64,000 nucleotides of DNA from the NCBI GenBank assembly GCA_017499595.2, contig CM039010.1:310001-374000 (forward strand). The letters are read 5' to 3'. The translations under genes and the position numbers were made by a program. The notes below the pieces were generated by a model. The model was given only the letters and a program-made list of their open reading frames with translations, was not told the DNA's origin and made no database searches. Shown here piece by piece: positions 1 to 13,513 of the stretch. The stretch comes from Psilocybe cubensis (Eukaryota). The stretch's first letter is position 1. Each line of letters opens with the position of its first letter.

Positions 1-421
1 CGCCGCGATTTGTGTTCCCAACACCACGGAACATCGGACAACGGAATTCGCAGAATCGCAATTCCACATACTGCCTGTGTACCCACATGCTGAAAATGTT
101 GTGAGTGGAGAAACTTGAAGGAAATGTAAAAGGAACATCTCATCACCATAAAACAAATAGTCAAAGATCAGTGCAATAAGTGCAAAACATCATCTATGTA
201 AATACAGAAAAACGAAGCTAAGAAAAAACTTGCTAAGGAAATATGTATGTATGTGACAATGCGAATGTAAAAGAAAGTCCCAAATGAAAAACGACATTAA
301 TAAGAAAACCAGTGCAGACGAAAGAAAGAAAGAAAGATTGATAGCAGGTTTATGGAGGATGAGGGTGGTAATACAATTGAAAAAATACAGGTGCTAGATG
401 CGATCGCCTCTTCTGACTCAC

Positions 422-2441
422 TCACCATAAGGATGGCTGCCAAGAGAGTGTTTCAAATAAATGTTCAAGCGTATGGTCTTCACCGACAAGGAAGCTTTTC
501 TTCCCCACTTGCACATTGCCTTGAAAAGGTAGACCTGAAAGAACAATTTCGCCGACCTTGCGTCCGGGTCCTTGGAGAGGCAACCCTGCGACAGCGATGT
601 TAACAGCTGCGGATCCAGAGAGCCCGGCCGTTGCACCACCAGACCCGAAAATAACCTATGAACCGACAAAAAACCATTTAGTGAGGCAACGTACGTATTG
701 CAAGAAATATAAGATGTACCTTTCCGACAAAATTACTGAACTCTTTCTGTCTGCCAGGTAGAACTTGCACAGGAACATCGACAACCTTCGCTGAAATAGC
801 GTAGCTCTTTCCTTCGCCTGGTCTAGGAACGACAGGGACACTAACCGAGACCAACCAGTCATCTGGCCTTATGTGTCCAAATGCCTTTTCAGGTAACGGG
901 TCCGGGAGGGGGACTTCTGGCGGAAGATCTGGAGCACTGCTGTGCTTCTTATGCCAATCTATGGATGGTGGCACCTCGCCATCGAAGATGATTAAATCGG
1001 GTAGTACATGAAAAACTTCGAGGCCAACTGTAATTCCCGTAGGAAGGACCAGTCGTCCCTCCACAACACCACTGGCTAAAAACTGGCTACCGGTTGGGAT
1101 AATCTTCATGTCGCGGATGGTGACGTCACGAAGAATTCGTGGCCGAGGGTGTGGTGCTGGAAAATCAGCTTCCATATAGACGTCGGATATCAGGTCAGAC
1201 GACACAAGTACTGTATTGGATTCGCCTGATAGGTAACGGGAGACAAAGTGGGAGAGAACAGGAAAATGTTTTGTTGAAATAGGGAGAACTTCGCCAGACA
1301 TAGATACGGTAGCATTTTGAGGGGTAAGGCTGAACGGTAGTGTCGTTACAGAGGCAAGTGCGATGGCTACAGTATCTGGAAGAGATACTGTAAAAGGTAG
1401 TGACGGTACTGATAAGCTGAATGATGGTGGTGCTGGATTTATGACACTGGCAGTAGCCTGGAGATTGAGTTGGTCGTCATTGGAAGAAACGTTGAAGGAT
1501 TTGAGCGTAATTAGCTGTGATATAGGAGGCATATCTCTCCCAGGACGGGGAAAACCAGGTAAAGATGGAACTAAAAATGAATAAGTTAAGCGGGATGAAA
1601 ATGGACAATAATACATACGTTTTATCTGTAGTGGGGTGCGGATGTTGGAGAGTTTACTACTGAACCTGCGTCGCCAATCATACGAATTCAGGGAACCGCC
1701 CTGAATATTTGCTTGCCCTACACTTGTTCGTACGGAAAGTACGCCATTCTTCCACGAATTCTTCACGAATTGAAGCAATAAACTGTGATTGGAAGAGATT
1801 TGCACTCGTACTGGCTGTGACATTGGGGTTAACCAGGAAACATCATTCGGCGGTTCAACTGAAAGTGGTATTTCGACAGGCGGGATATCCAGGGTTGCAA
1901 GAACGATTGTTGGGTCGTATTCAGGTGATATTGAGATGGTGGTGAGGTTGACTGAGACTACATCCAGAGCACGCACACCCCACCGCCCAATAGACTTCCA
2001 TATATCTGTAAAGATATTATCATTTTCATCAGACTGAACTCCAATGACTGATCCTGCATCCAATCCAACTCTCCCGCGGATGTTTAACCAAATATCACCC
2101 TCCTTTGTAATGTTTAGAACGTCGATTCGATCTGGACCGCGGAACACCAGGTTATTCTTGATGATGGCTTGTGGATCCAAGTTGGAAGCTCTGGATGCAT
2201 AAGACCAGGCCAAGAGAATAGTGAGGACTAGCCCGACAGTGCATATCAAGAATGACGCTACGAATACGGTGAGGAGCTGGGACCTAAGCCCTCGTTGTCG
2301 TGAGTTAGAAGACTCAACTGCGTCCTCAAGGATGCCCGATGTTGAGCCAAGTAGTGGAGTTCGTTCAGTAGGTTCACGTGCGCGCGCCTTGCCTTTGTCG
2401 ACATGCACCGCGCGTGGCTCAGTGTTGTCGTCGCCGTCCAT
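422..2441 (-). CDS. Single-pass membrane protein, Tag1/DUF3712-like
   Basis: 587-aa ORF with an N-terminal ERTPLL dileucine-type motif, one TM helix (LLTVFVASFLICTVGLVLTILLAWSY) and a long beta-rich lumenal part. A GT-AG intron near 718-656 leads to a last exon VIFGSGG...WQPSLW* ending at 422. Confidence 0.65.
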
Positions 2442-2767
2442 GACGAGCGCGACAATTGGTCCGGGTGGCGGTTAATGATGAGAAGGTGTTTAATTTGGAA
2501 GATGAACAAACAAGGGCAAGCTCGGTCAGTCACAATGCGTCACGGATTACGATTCTGTTTTATTTGCCGGGGTGCCGAACGCAGGTTTAGTGAAATCAAA
2601 TTTGACCCTTTCTTTTATTTATGATCTTTCGTTCAAGTTGGTTACCCTAAGGGCACCGACCGATATAGTCCCTTCAGTTATATGTAGGGCACGATCCTCT
2701 CTGCGAGAGGCCGCATAACGTTTACTATTTGTTCAACGTACATGTATCATCGCCCGTAGTGTAGCCA

Positions 2768-4373
2768 CTAGTTGAAATGTTTCACTACGAATCCGTTGAT
2801 AATCTCCTCTTCTACTCCTTTATCCGTACCCTTAAGTTTCGTTCTTCCATAAGCAGCTGTTCTTGCTCTCCTCCAAGCTTCCATAGTCAACGGTCTTGTT
2901 ACTGTGCTATCGTGCTGACTTTCCTTGACCGGTTTCAACAATACATCATCATTAGCCATGCAAAAGTAATAGACACCAAGGCGAGAATATCCCTGCTGAT
3001 CCCGAGGGGGTTGTACCACGCTTATATTCTCGTATCAGCCAATGATATTTTTCAGTAACTGGTGGCCTTACCGATGAATCGTTGTGCGATAGAAACCACC
3101 TGATATAAACTCAAGAGCATCACCGACATTGATTACCTATCATTTCCTTCAAAATTTCTCCTTGTGTTCGAAATATGCGTGCACATACCAACGAGTTTTC
3201 AATGTGCTTGATCCATTTCCATTTTCCATCCTTAGTCAAAATTTGGAGTGCAGCAACCGGTTGGCTATACAGAATCGTGATGGTACCCATATCTCATGAC
3301 GCAAGTTGATTGGGTGACCTCTACAACTATAGAACAAAAGCGTACCTGTGTGACCCTTCAACCAGACATTCTTCGCTTTTATTTCGTCCTCTTCAGGCCT
3401 AGGATAGCTAAATTACAGCCCAAGTGAATTCAGAAACCGCATTAAAGCTTCAAGGTGTTAAGACTTGCTATTTCATGAAACGAACTATACGCTAGCGGTC
3501 AGGTGTTATGTTCCAAAACACTAAACTCAGGACGAACTATAGGTCTCGCCAACACTAGAAAAGCCGTGCATGTCTACAAAGGTTTCCTCTGGAAGCTCCA
3601 TACCTAGCGCGAGAAGCCTGACATACCCTGATAAATTTTAAAGACTCCAGGAAAGAACATCTTACCGCAAAATTGGATGTAAGACGCCTTCGTGGCAATG
3701 TCGAGCGTGTTTTTCAAGCTCAGGAACAAAGGGTCTCAGTGCTTCAGGGTGTTGGCGCCTTGCAACATCTCGGTTTACTAAATCCAATTAAAATTTGGCC
3801 AAATATTAGCAAGTTCAAATAAGAATCGCACTGTTATACGTCTCTATTTGATCGCGGACGCCGCCGTCAATATGCTTCAAGATTTGTAAGATACAACAAA
3901 GCATCAAAGAAAGCGACCAAACTCACCCAGTATCCTCTCGGCTTGTAACCCTGAAAAGAACCTGTCTCCTCTATCTGAGCGATGTATTCCTTTTTCTCAT
4001 CCTCCGGTACTCTGGAGAACGGGATATCGGCAATGTCAAATATTCTTTCCGTCTAGTGTATTGCGATTACTATGACCATGGTTGTCGACATATATAACAC
4101 GAAACGGCATACCTGCGCAGTATCATATCCGTGGTTAATCACATATAGAAAACCATGCTCCTTCATCGCATCTCTGACTTGCGATGCAAGTGAATGACGC
4201 CCTTCAGGCGTTCCGACCGTGGCGAAATCGATGATCGGTAACTCTGCATAATCCACTTGGTACATTGATGATTGAGCCGCAAATACACTGCCAAATTATG
4301 CTATATAACTCTTACGTTTTTCATTTGTGGGAGGGGCAGGCATCCAACGTGGTGGTGACTCAAGGAAATTCAT
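2768..4373 (-). CDS. 2-oxoglutarate/Fe(II) dioxygenase (IPNS/clavaminate-synthase-like), copy 1
   Basis: Spliced exons give DIOX_N motif LPIIDF...GFLYVINHG, the HxD motif (WLKGHT|D), INVGDALEF, the distal His (TIHR) and R-x-x-x-x-YF. Confidence 0.9.
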
Positions 4374-5081
4374 TCTCAGTGCGAAGTGGCGATTTGATAT
4401 TTTGCTGAAGGGGCGAAGTTTGAGATAGTCGGAGTAGCGCTGAGAATGATCCCAGAGATTTGTGTCCAATTTGATTATGTTGCGTGTTATCGCGATTGTT
4501 CCACGCCAATGTACGTAAGTGCCTCGCCCCTTCCCAGCATGTCTCAGTAGCCCAAAAGTAGCCTTTGATATCAATAAGAAATATATAAATATAGAACAGC
4601 ACTTATAGAGAAGACTGGTGATGAAAAGGGTATATAGAATTTGTGTAACGAGAAGGGCAAGCTGGACAATATCTCCTAATGTTAATGCCGAAAGACGATA
4701 ACAATTGCGGGTGCGCGTACTTTATCCACAATCCGCCACTTATTTATGTTTCCATGCATATCTTCTTTGCGTCATTTTGATACTATACCGTTCTCCGCCC
4801 TATTTTTGTAAGAGAAACTGAAGTTATTTCAGCACGTCTGCAGGTGGTACAACTCGGAGAACAAGGCTTTCATTGACGGGCGCTAATATAATTTGGCCAT
4901 CAGCCAATCCTCGACAGGGCGCCTAAAGGCAAATGATGAGGTCTGTTCAATCCACCACGCCTTAAAGCTTATTGTATTGAACGGTATTATTCATTTAGTA
5001 ACACCAGGGGTACTTTACAAGTATAATGCCTGTAAACAGATTCAACTATCGGTGTTACTTGCTCTGCAGATGTGCTTTACA

Positions 5082-6728
5082 TCAATTGTAATGCTTGACT
5101 ACGACACCATTGATGATCTCTTCTTCCACTCCATTCTCGTTGGCTTTCAGCTCTGTTTGCCCATATGCTGCCGTCCTACCTTTCCTCCACGCTTCCATGG
5201 TAGGAGGTTCGACGCCGTCAAATCTTTTTGTTACTCCAAATCTTTGGAGAACTGGGCTCTCCATAATTGGTGCTAATTTGACATTATCATCAGTCAAGGC
5301 AAAGTAAAATGCACCAAGACGGGTGTATCTGTGTTGATCCGGCGGTGGTTGTACGACTCTGACTGGCATATCAGTCTTGGAAACTATAAGAATCAAAACA
5401 GACGTTACCTATGAATTGTTGCGCGATAGAATCCGCCAGAAAGAAACTCGAGTGAATCTCCTACGTTGATCACCTGTTACGAAATATAAATAATTCACGG
5501 CGGCTTGCGATAGTTGGCTGAGACACACCAGGCCATTTTCAATGTGTTTAACCCATTTCCATTTACCATCCTTGGTTAGGATCTGGAGCGCCGCAACTGG
5601 CTGGCTGTACAGAATTGTAATAGTCCCAAAGTCTAGCCTCCCTTTCTATTGAATTTCTCTAGTTATGACAACAATGATGATAGTACGCACCTGTGTGACC
5701 TTTTAACCAAACGTTTTTCGTCTTACTTTCTTCCTCTTCAGACCTAGGATAACTATGCTTTCATGTGAATTGGTTGATATGGGAAGGCAGCAAATCCAAG
5801 CAATTTACTATTTCATGAAGCGAACTTTATCAAAAGAGTAGGTTAGGTCTATGATGCGTTTGTTCTCTGTTGAGTTCGCACCGTATGTTTCGCCAATGCT
5901 GGAGAATCCATGCATATTAACGAACGTTTCCTCGGGGAGTTCCATTCCAACAGCCAAAAGCCTAAAATATCCTCTTCAGAAGCAGAAAAACACAGTTTCA
6001 AATGCCAGGACAGGTACCTCAGAATGGGGTATAGGACTTCTTCATGGTTATGTCGAGCAAACCTGTCAATCTCAGGCAGGAAAGGACGCAGAGCCTCAGG
6101 GTGCTGGCGTTTATTGACATCTTTATTGACTAAAACATTATTGTGTATGAGTTGTTTGTTGCCCCGGTCTCGTAGCATGGGATAACGTACTATTGTAATG
6201 CTCTAGTTGGTCCCGAACACCACCATCGATGTGCTATCCACATAGCTACAGTACAGCAACTCGCTTTCGCCAAAACGACTCACCCAGTATTGACGCGGTT
6301 TATAACCTTGGTAGGAGCCCGTCTGCTTTATCTGTGCAACATACGTCTTCTTTTCTTCTTCCGTTACCCTGGAAAATGGTATATCGGCAATGTCAAATAT
6401 TCTTTCAGTCTGAAGATGTATACCTGAGCGTTCAAGCGATAGCGCATTGGTCGGACTAAGCGTACCTCAGATGTAGTATATCCGTGATTTATAACATAAA
6501 GGAATCCATGCTCCGCCATAGCATCGCGTGCTTGCTGAGCGAGCTTTAAACGTCCTTCTTTAGTCGCCATTTCCGAAAAATCAATAATGGGCAAATCGGC
6601 ATATTCCACTTTCAAATAAACCAATGTTAGCCTAACTAAGATGCATTTGATGGCGACTTACAATCGACTTTGGTGGGAGGCGCCGGTACATAGTGTGGGG
6701 TTTCCGGGTTGACGATCAGTCCAGGCAT
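5082..6728 (-). CDS. 2-oxoglutarate/Fe(II) dioxygenase, copy 2 (tandem paralog)
   Basis: Same motifs and intron positions as copy 1 (LPIIDF, GFLYVINHG, LKGHT|D, TIHR, RLGAFYF). Confidence 0.9.
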
Positions 6729-7094
6729 TATTGTTTGGCTTGCACGTTAAAGGACGGTATGTGGGGTGGTTTCCAAGACGTGGGTAGATAAAGGATTTTT
6801 GATGGTCAGGTGTGTCCGAACCCCCAAGTCATGCTCGAATGACGCCATTCATACCCAGGCAATGCTATAAACACTGCGATTCTCTCAGGGGTGGAGGTAG
6901 TAGGTTGAAGGTGACCAATGGAGGATTTGTCTTCGGCAATATTCAAGTTCCTCCCTAAACACACCATTAAAAATTGAACTCATATTAACTTCGGCATAGC
7001 CGTTGCCGTCAAAAATTTGGGATGCTTATGCTAACGCTAACACGGACTTGTGAACTTCCATGATTGTGATTGTAAACTATTCATGCGACCCCAA

Positions 7095-9413
7095 TCACGT
7101 TAAGCCGGCGTAAACCGGTCCCCCTGGTGAACATATGCCTATTAGAACACAGTATTGTAAGTTTAGTGTCATTAACAAAGTCATGAGAGGCACTTTCCTG
7201 GTTAGCGGCATCCCTACGGTAGACATTAAACAGAATACCAGGGTCAGTTGCCTAAAAGCGTATCAAATTAGCAAAATTAACACAAACCAATATCAGAAAT
7301 CTTGCCTTGTATGCACCAGGGAAGTTTAACCCGGATGGGTTAAGGCTTCTTCCATCGGTAACTAATGAAAGATGGTTATATTGTTCGTTTTGAAAATTTT
7401 TAGAGTGACTGGTTACCTGTAAGTTGTATGCAAACTTCAAGAAGAAAATTGAGCAGTAATTTATATCTCCAAATATTGACTTACCGGGATAGAATTGAGG
7501 GCCTCCTTGACTCGATGCTGCATGCAAAGCTAGATTCTCGTGACGGAGGAGCTATTATCAACGTTAAAGGCGATGACTACGTCTGTTCAGTGTTATACCT
7601 CACATAGCTGCCTGAAGAAATATTATTTGGGATCCTAACACTGTACGTATAATTATTCTTGGCCAAAATATCGGATGCCCATATACCATTAGAATAGACG
7701 TCTTGTTGGATCTGAAATTGCGAATCGGGACATTAAAAGCATCTCAAGTGCTTACGCCACATTACCTTAAACCATGGAGATCCGGTATCTCCTTTGAACG
7801 TTGAGCAGTCGTTCGTTGGACACTTAGCCATGTAGTTCAATACAGGACCGTAATGTCCAAGGGGCCAAGTGTTCCATAGCACTTGAACCGTCCCGCCTGC
7901 CGATATATTTGCCTGAATAGGTCCCTTTAATAGAAAGTATCTCAATCATTCAATCATATTAGGCGGGAGTTCTTAACTTACGGGTGGAAGTTTCTGATTG
8001 CCAATGGAGCAGGTGATGTCGCGAGATGTGACGTTTGTGATGAAACCACTATCGAGCTTGGTGCCCCGGACAACTCTCAAGGGCTACGGTGATAATTAGT
8101 ATATCACAACTGGGGCAAACATCCGTGATTCTTACCTGAGGAGTAGTATATGGATCTGGCATGAGGGAGGTTGGTGATAAATATAATGATGAACAAGTTA
8201 TGCCCTGCCTTTATGGCTGTCCGTTTGCACATTTAATGTCAAAGTATAAACTTCTTTCCCCATACATATAAGTTGCAATTTTGATTGAACTCAACTACAT
8301 ACCTTGGTGTCCCGGTTGTAGAGAAATGGTTTCCGAGCATAGAAGAAATTATCCCGATCATTGTCTTTGCATGCCCTTCAGTTTGAATGGGAGCTGCACA
8401 CATAAGGGTATGCTACCCGTACATAAAAAATTCAGTACCATAGTCTGTGGCCCTCTCCGCATGTATCTTAATTTTTGTCCGAAGATATAGAGTTGTCCAG
8501 AAGAACATTATGCGTGCCGTCCGTGCCGTAGAGGCGTGGGAACTCGACTTTTGTCCCGCTTTGCAGTGGATTGCTACTTGTGAAGACAGTAGGATGGTCG
8601 TTACAAGATTATACAATTCATTAGGAGCATAATTTCATACATTAAAATAACATAAGACTACATATAGGCTATTCCAATGCAATTTTCTGTCTTCAACCTC
8701 AACGTTAGGCCTTTTTAAGCCTTAGCACGCAAAGCACTCGTATCACATTATGAAGACAATCTACTTATGCAATTCAGCATTCACAGGAGGATATTTACTG
8801 ATTGTATAAATGTGAATCTTTTGAAGTGTTCAATCAGCGTGTGTCGACAGGCATACAGGCAATGAACTGTAATTTGTGTCCTTATTTGCCGAGATTTGCC
8901 GATTCTCACGATGTCTAGGCATGCACGGCATCGACAGAATGCCGAAAAATGACAGTATATCTTCGGGATGAAGAAAGGTAGAAATAATCATACGAGGAAC
9001 ATTCAGATATAAGTGAGGGAACAAAATATGTGTAAAAGGGAGTGTTTGCCCTATGTAAGGGATTGTGATTTGTATATGTGGGCACCAAAACTACATGTAT
9101 GGTACTGAAAATTGTATCCGAGGGTGCAACCTATGAATGTATGGATACAAGATTTATATGTTCGGAAACCACCTTTCTCTATACTGGACACCAGATTATG
9201 TATATGGAATTGTGCATAATTGCGACTTCTATGTATGGAAAAAAAAGTTTATAGATTGGTATTAAATGTGCAAACGGACAGCCATATGCCTTTGGTGACA
9301 TCCCACCCAGGTATGTCTTTTCCATTTATTCTCAAAAGGGGAACGTAGCCGTGTGCGACAGCCTGTCCGATGACAGTGGAAGATACAAGCGCGAGAATTG
9401 AGAGAAGACGCAT
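7095..9413 (-). CDS. AA9 (GH61) lytic polysaccharide monooxygenase, secreted; interrupted by a TIR element and possibly a pseudogene
   Basis: Signal peptide MRLLSILALVSSTVIGQAVA followed by His1 (HGYV), then HYGPVLNYMAKC, WFK, LLRHENLALH, GGPQFYP-VC and FPGAYKATDPGI. The last intron donor reads GAAAGT and the last exon appears out of frame. Confidence 0.85.
8212..9286. mobile_element. Non-autonomous TIR DNA transposon (~1.07 kb)
   Basis: 26-bp perfect TIR: TATGGCTGTCCGTTTGCACATTTAAT (8212-8237) and its reverse complement (9261-9286). Flanked by the direct repeat TGCCTT (8206-8211, 9287-9292). Confidence 0.85.
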
Positions 9414-9873
9414 ATCGCAAAATCTTAATAATGATTGTCTACTTCGCCGCCAACTCTTTTATTCCCTGGAATAATTCATGGAATAATTGAGGTTAATGGA
9501 CAAATCCCGCTTTGCGCCCAAACAACCAAGTCTTGATTCTGTTCCAGGGTCACATAAACTTGGCATTTTTATGGTGTCGTGATGTCGATGACTCGGTACC
9601 AGGTTCTGTAAATTCCCCACCATTACCATTCGATATTCAACAATCTTCGGCAATTTTCGTATCTTCGGATATGGCAACCTCCAAAGTTCTGTTGTCAGAT
9701 CCAAATTTAGTCTGATGGGAGCTGCCTTGTTAAAAGCATCATATTCGGATTCTTGGTCAGCATCTGTCTAAAATGATCGTTCCTACACATTTCTGCCGAC
9801 TGACGACGAATGGCACCTCAGCGCACCTTGCTAGCTCAATGTTTCTCTTTCACTACAATTTGAGTTGGACCTG

Positions 9874-12800
9874 ATGTCAAGCAAAACACAAACACAATTC
9901 GACTTGGACAAACCTATTATAAGACGTTCGAGAGGAGCCTGCGCGGAATGTAGGAGGAAGAGAAGTGAGTACCTGCGTATACAGTTATGGTACCGGTTGA
10001 TTTCATCAATTGTATTTGAATAGGTAGATGTGAGTTGCGCTGTTCAGCAACTATTTCATGCAGTTTTATACCTTTCTTTAGGCGACAGTGCCAAACGGCC
10101 GGGAAAAAAGTGTACCAGTTGCGAGCTGGCGAACATTGATTGCAACCCAGTGGTATCCCAGGCAGGCATTGCGTTTCTTTGTCTTTTCGTTTCATCGCCG
10201 TTGATTCCCTTTACTGCAGAAACCACAAATACAGAAGCAACAAGAGTACGCCTAATGATTACGAACAGAATGAAAGACAACTGATGCGTCGCGTGCATAG
10301 TTATATTCGAATCTTGGAGGCGAGAATTAAGAGATTAGAAGGGTATATACAGGCAGTGAGTTGTTTTAATATTAAGCCTCCAGACAAATCACTGTAACTA
10401 TTGCGTTGATAGCTCTATCCAGACGAAGAGGTAGATTACATCATTGGAAAACCTCCTCCCGTCATCAAACGCAGGGATCGAGCTCAATGTCCCGTTCCCA
10501 TTATCCCCTCTCAAGAAGAATCCATCGCGGAAACACCTGAAGACTTTGCCGAAATTTCCGAGGCTGATGACATGGCTCATGTCATGCTGGCGAAACAACT
10601 TGAGCGTATAACATTAACGCCCACCGCTTCAAACCGTTTCTTTGGCCAAGCGAGGTGCGCCGATGTCCTAAAACATAGACATTTCCATTAAAATGCAAAT
10701 GTAGTCCTATCATGGCGGTTCAACAGGCTTCAACGCTGAGAAGCCGGCTGACAGGTGTCCCTGATACAGGATTGGATCCTAAGGAATATCGACGGCCGTT
10801 ATACTGGACAATGAGCCCGGTACGTGGGTCTTGATCGCAAGATGCAGTTGTTTGACTAGATATTGCACAGTGGGCATACGACTACGTTTGTTCTCCTGAG
10901 TCACCATATGTATATCCAGAATTCGATCTTCTCTTAAGCCTGGTCACCATTTACTTTGAGAAAATTAACTGTCTAATTCCTATCCTTCATGAACCTACCT
11001 TTATGCAGGATCTTTTGTCCTGGAAGCATTGTCACGACCAATCTTTTGGAATGACTGTTCTCTTAGTATGCGCAAATGCGTCGAAGTATTCGTCGGATCC
11101 TCGGGTACTTGCATCTCCAGATCACCCTCATTCAGCTTCTTCCGCTGGATGGCATTATTTCTCTCAGGTGCCGATACATCGAAAAATAATGCTGTATACA
11201 GCAACAGTCTATGATTTGCAATACTACGCTGTACGTGGATGACTTCCTTGATCATGTAATCGTGTTCATTGAACGCGAATGTGCAGCTCGCGGCAATCTT
11301 TATCGGTGGAACTTCGCTGTGTCCTGTATCATGCAATTTGCTTGGCATAGGATTAAGATACGCCGTAGAGCTGGGTGCACACCGCCGAAGGGGAACAAAG
11401 CGTTCATCTGTCGATGAAGAGCTGCTAAAACGTGCATTTTGGTTCGCCCAAGACACTTAATTGCTCCATTGCCCATCCTGACATATTCCGCAGGGCATTG
11501 TACTGTTTGGATACGATTAACAACTCATTCTATGGTCGACCTGCCGGTATCTCCCATGAATCGTGAGCTTAAGTATTTTCGATTTAAATCTCACAATAAT
11601 TCTACGTTCCTAGGCTCGACATTGAGTACCCAATTGAATGTGATGATGAATACTGGAGAAGCGATGATTCAGAGGAAGCTTTTAAGCAACCCTCAGGGAA
11701 ACCATGCTCGATTTCTAATTTTATTTGTTTAATCAAGCTATGCGAAATCCTGGGTTTCGCAACAAGAACTCTTTATTCCACCAAGAAGAGCAAAATTCTT
11801 TCAGGATATTTTGGGACTGATTGGGAAATTCGAATGGTCTCTGAACTCGACTCGTCTCTGAATAAATGGAAAGCTTCCCTCCCTCCCTATTGTATGTTGA
11901 ACTCTCCCTCATTGAGCCACACTGACTTTCCCATAGTGGTTTGGGACGCTGACAGAGAGGACTCGGTGTTTTTTCACCAATCCGTCAATCTTCACGCAAT
12001 GTTTTCCTATGTTCAGATGCAGGTTTATAGGCCTTTCCTGACAAAACAGTCTCCCTTGTCAGCATCCTCTCTTGCTATGTGTACAAATGCTGCCAGACTG
12101 TGTACGCACATCCAGGAGGTAGCCATTGCCAGGGATCTCTGTGTCTCATCACACACAATTGTATGATTTTGACTTGTTGTTGGCAACCTACTACAAATTC
12201 GATTGCTGAAATATACTTCTAGTATAGTGCGTTCACTGCGGGGATAATTAGTGTTCTATGTCTATGGGGAAGCCAAAGGCCAGGTTACGTTGGCGATCAC
12301 CAAAAAGAAGAAGAAAATCTTGTGAAATGTGTTAAAGTCTTGGGAAAATGCGAAACATTGTATGGTACCGCGTTCTGACTCTGCAAGATTATTTTCTGAT
12401 TCATTAGCATGTCCTAGATTTCATTTGGCCGGCTCATTACGGTACGTGGTGTGTAGCCCCTCTGTTGTTCCTTTGATTGTTTACTGTTGGATTGATAGCG
12501 ACATTCTGTGTGAAGCTGGGGCTGTCAGCCAGGTCGACGACACTCGTGATCCACAGAGCTTCCGGTTGGGAAGTAGTCAAACCGAAAGCAATATACATGA
12601 CCACGCCTTTGACACGCAAACCGTAGTAGAAGAGACCACTTCATCTGCAAACACCGATTGGGACCTTTATAGATTAATCCTCACCGAGATGGGACATCGT
12701 GAGGTCGGGTCCACGAGTGCACCTACCGTCGATACTCAGGTCACAGCACACGAGGCTTCGCAACCACCCGACCCTGCGACTTTCAACTTTTGGGGCGATC

Positions 12801-12940
12801 CTTCCGCAACCTATACCAGGTATGTTACTCTGACCATTGCCGCGCGACTGTTCCTCCTATCTCTTTCCTGTAGCTTCGAGGAATGGGACACACTTGTTCG
12901 GGATATACGCCATTTGCAATGGTGCGCTATGATCTTTTGA
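9874..12940 (+). CDS. Zn(II)2Cys6 transcription factor with fungal-specific TF (Fungal_trans) domain, paralog 1
   Basis: Spliced CAECRRKRSRCDSAKRPGKKCTSCELANIDC; GIGLRYAVELGAHRR; KRAFW; YPIECDDEYW. Confidence 0.9.
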
Positions 12941-13513
12941 GCACCATCTGTAACTTCCACCTAATGACGTGGATGCAGAGAATAACGCTCTACGCCACTG
13001 GAAATTTCCTTGGAAGGAAAACCTTTGTCAAACTGAGGTCGTCAAAATATTCCCGGGCCGGGTGTAAGTGCGAAACTTTGGAAGCTGGTGTACTGAACAA
13101 GCTGGATTACTGTGTTCCATCTATCGCTACTAAACTGCCTCTATGCAGAATTGTCATGTAGCTGGGTAAAGCAAGCTTGGCTGTTCATACTCTGGTCCTC
13201 TCATCGTACGATTCGGATATTAAATATTCAATAAGTACTATCATTGACCAGACGTTCGGTTTGACCACTGATTCGGTTTACCCACCTTCCCGTGCTCCGT
13301 TTCTTCTGTAAATTGAAATTTACTTATGACTGAGTCACTGAGCCGGACTCTGCGATTTACTCTTATCTAAGCTTACATAAAGTTAAACACAACATGATGC
13401 ATGGCGCCTCCGCAGTTATTGAACAGATTATCCTTACCAAATTTAAACCAAAAGTGGAACGGTTCAAATGCTTAAAATCCCCCTTCGTCCTATAGGAAGC
13501 TCTGCTACACAAA

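Noticed and set aside
1-420. Possible gene end or short ORF at the window start
   Set aside because: No recognisable motif; mostly A-rich 3' flank of the first gene.
2768-6728. Known mushroom toxin clusters (ibotenic acid, psilocybin)
   Set aside because: No partner genes (decarboxylase, FMO, P450, kinase, methyltransferase, adenylating enzyme) are seen in the window.
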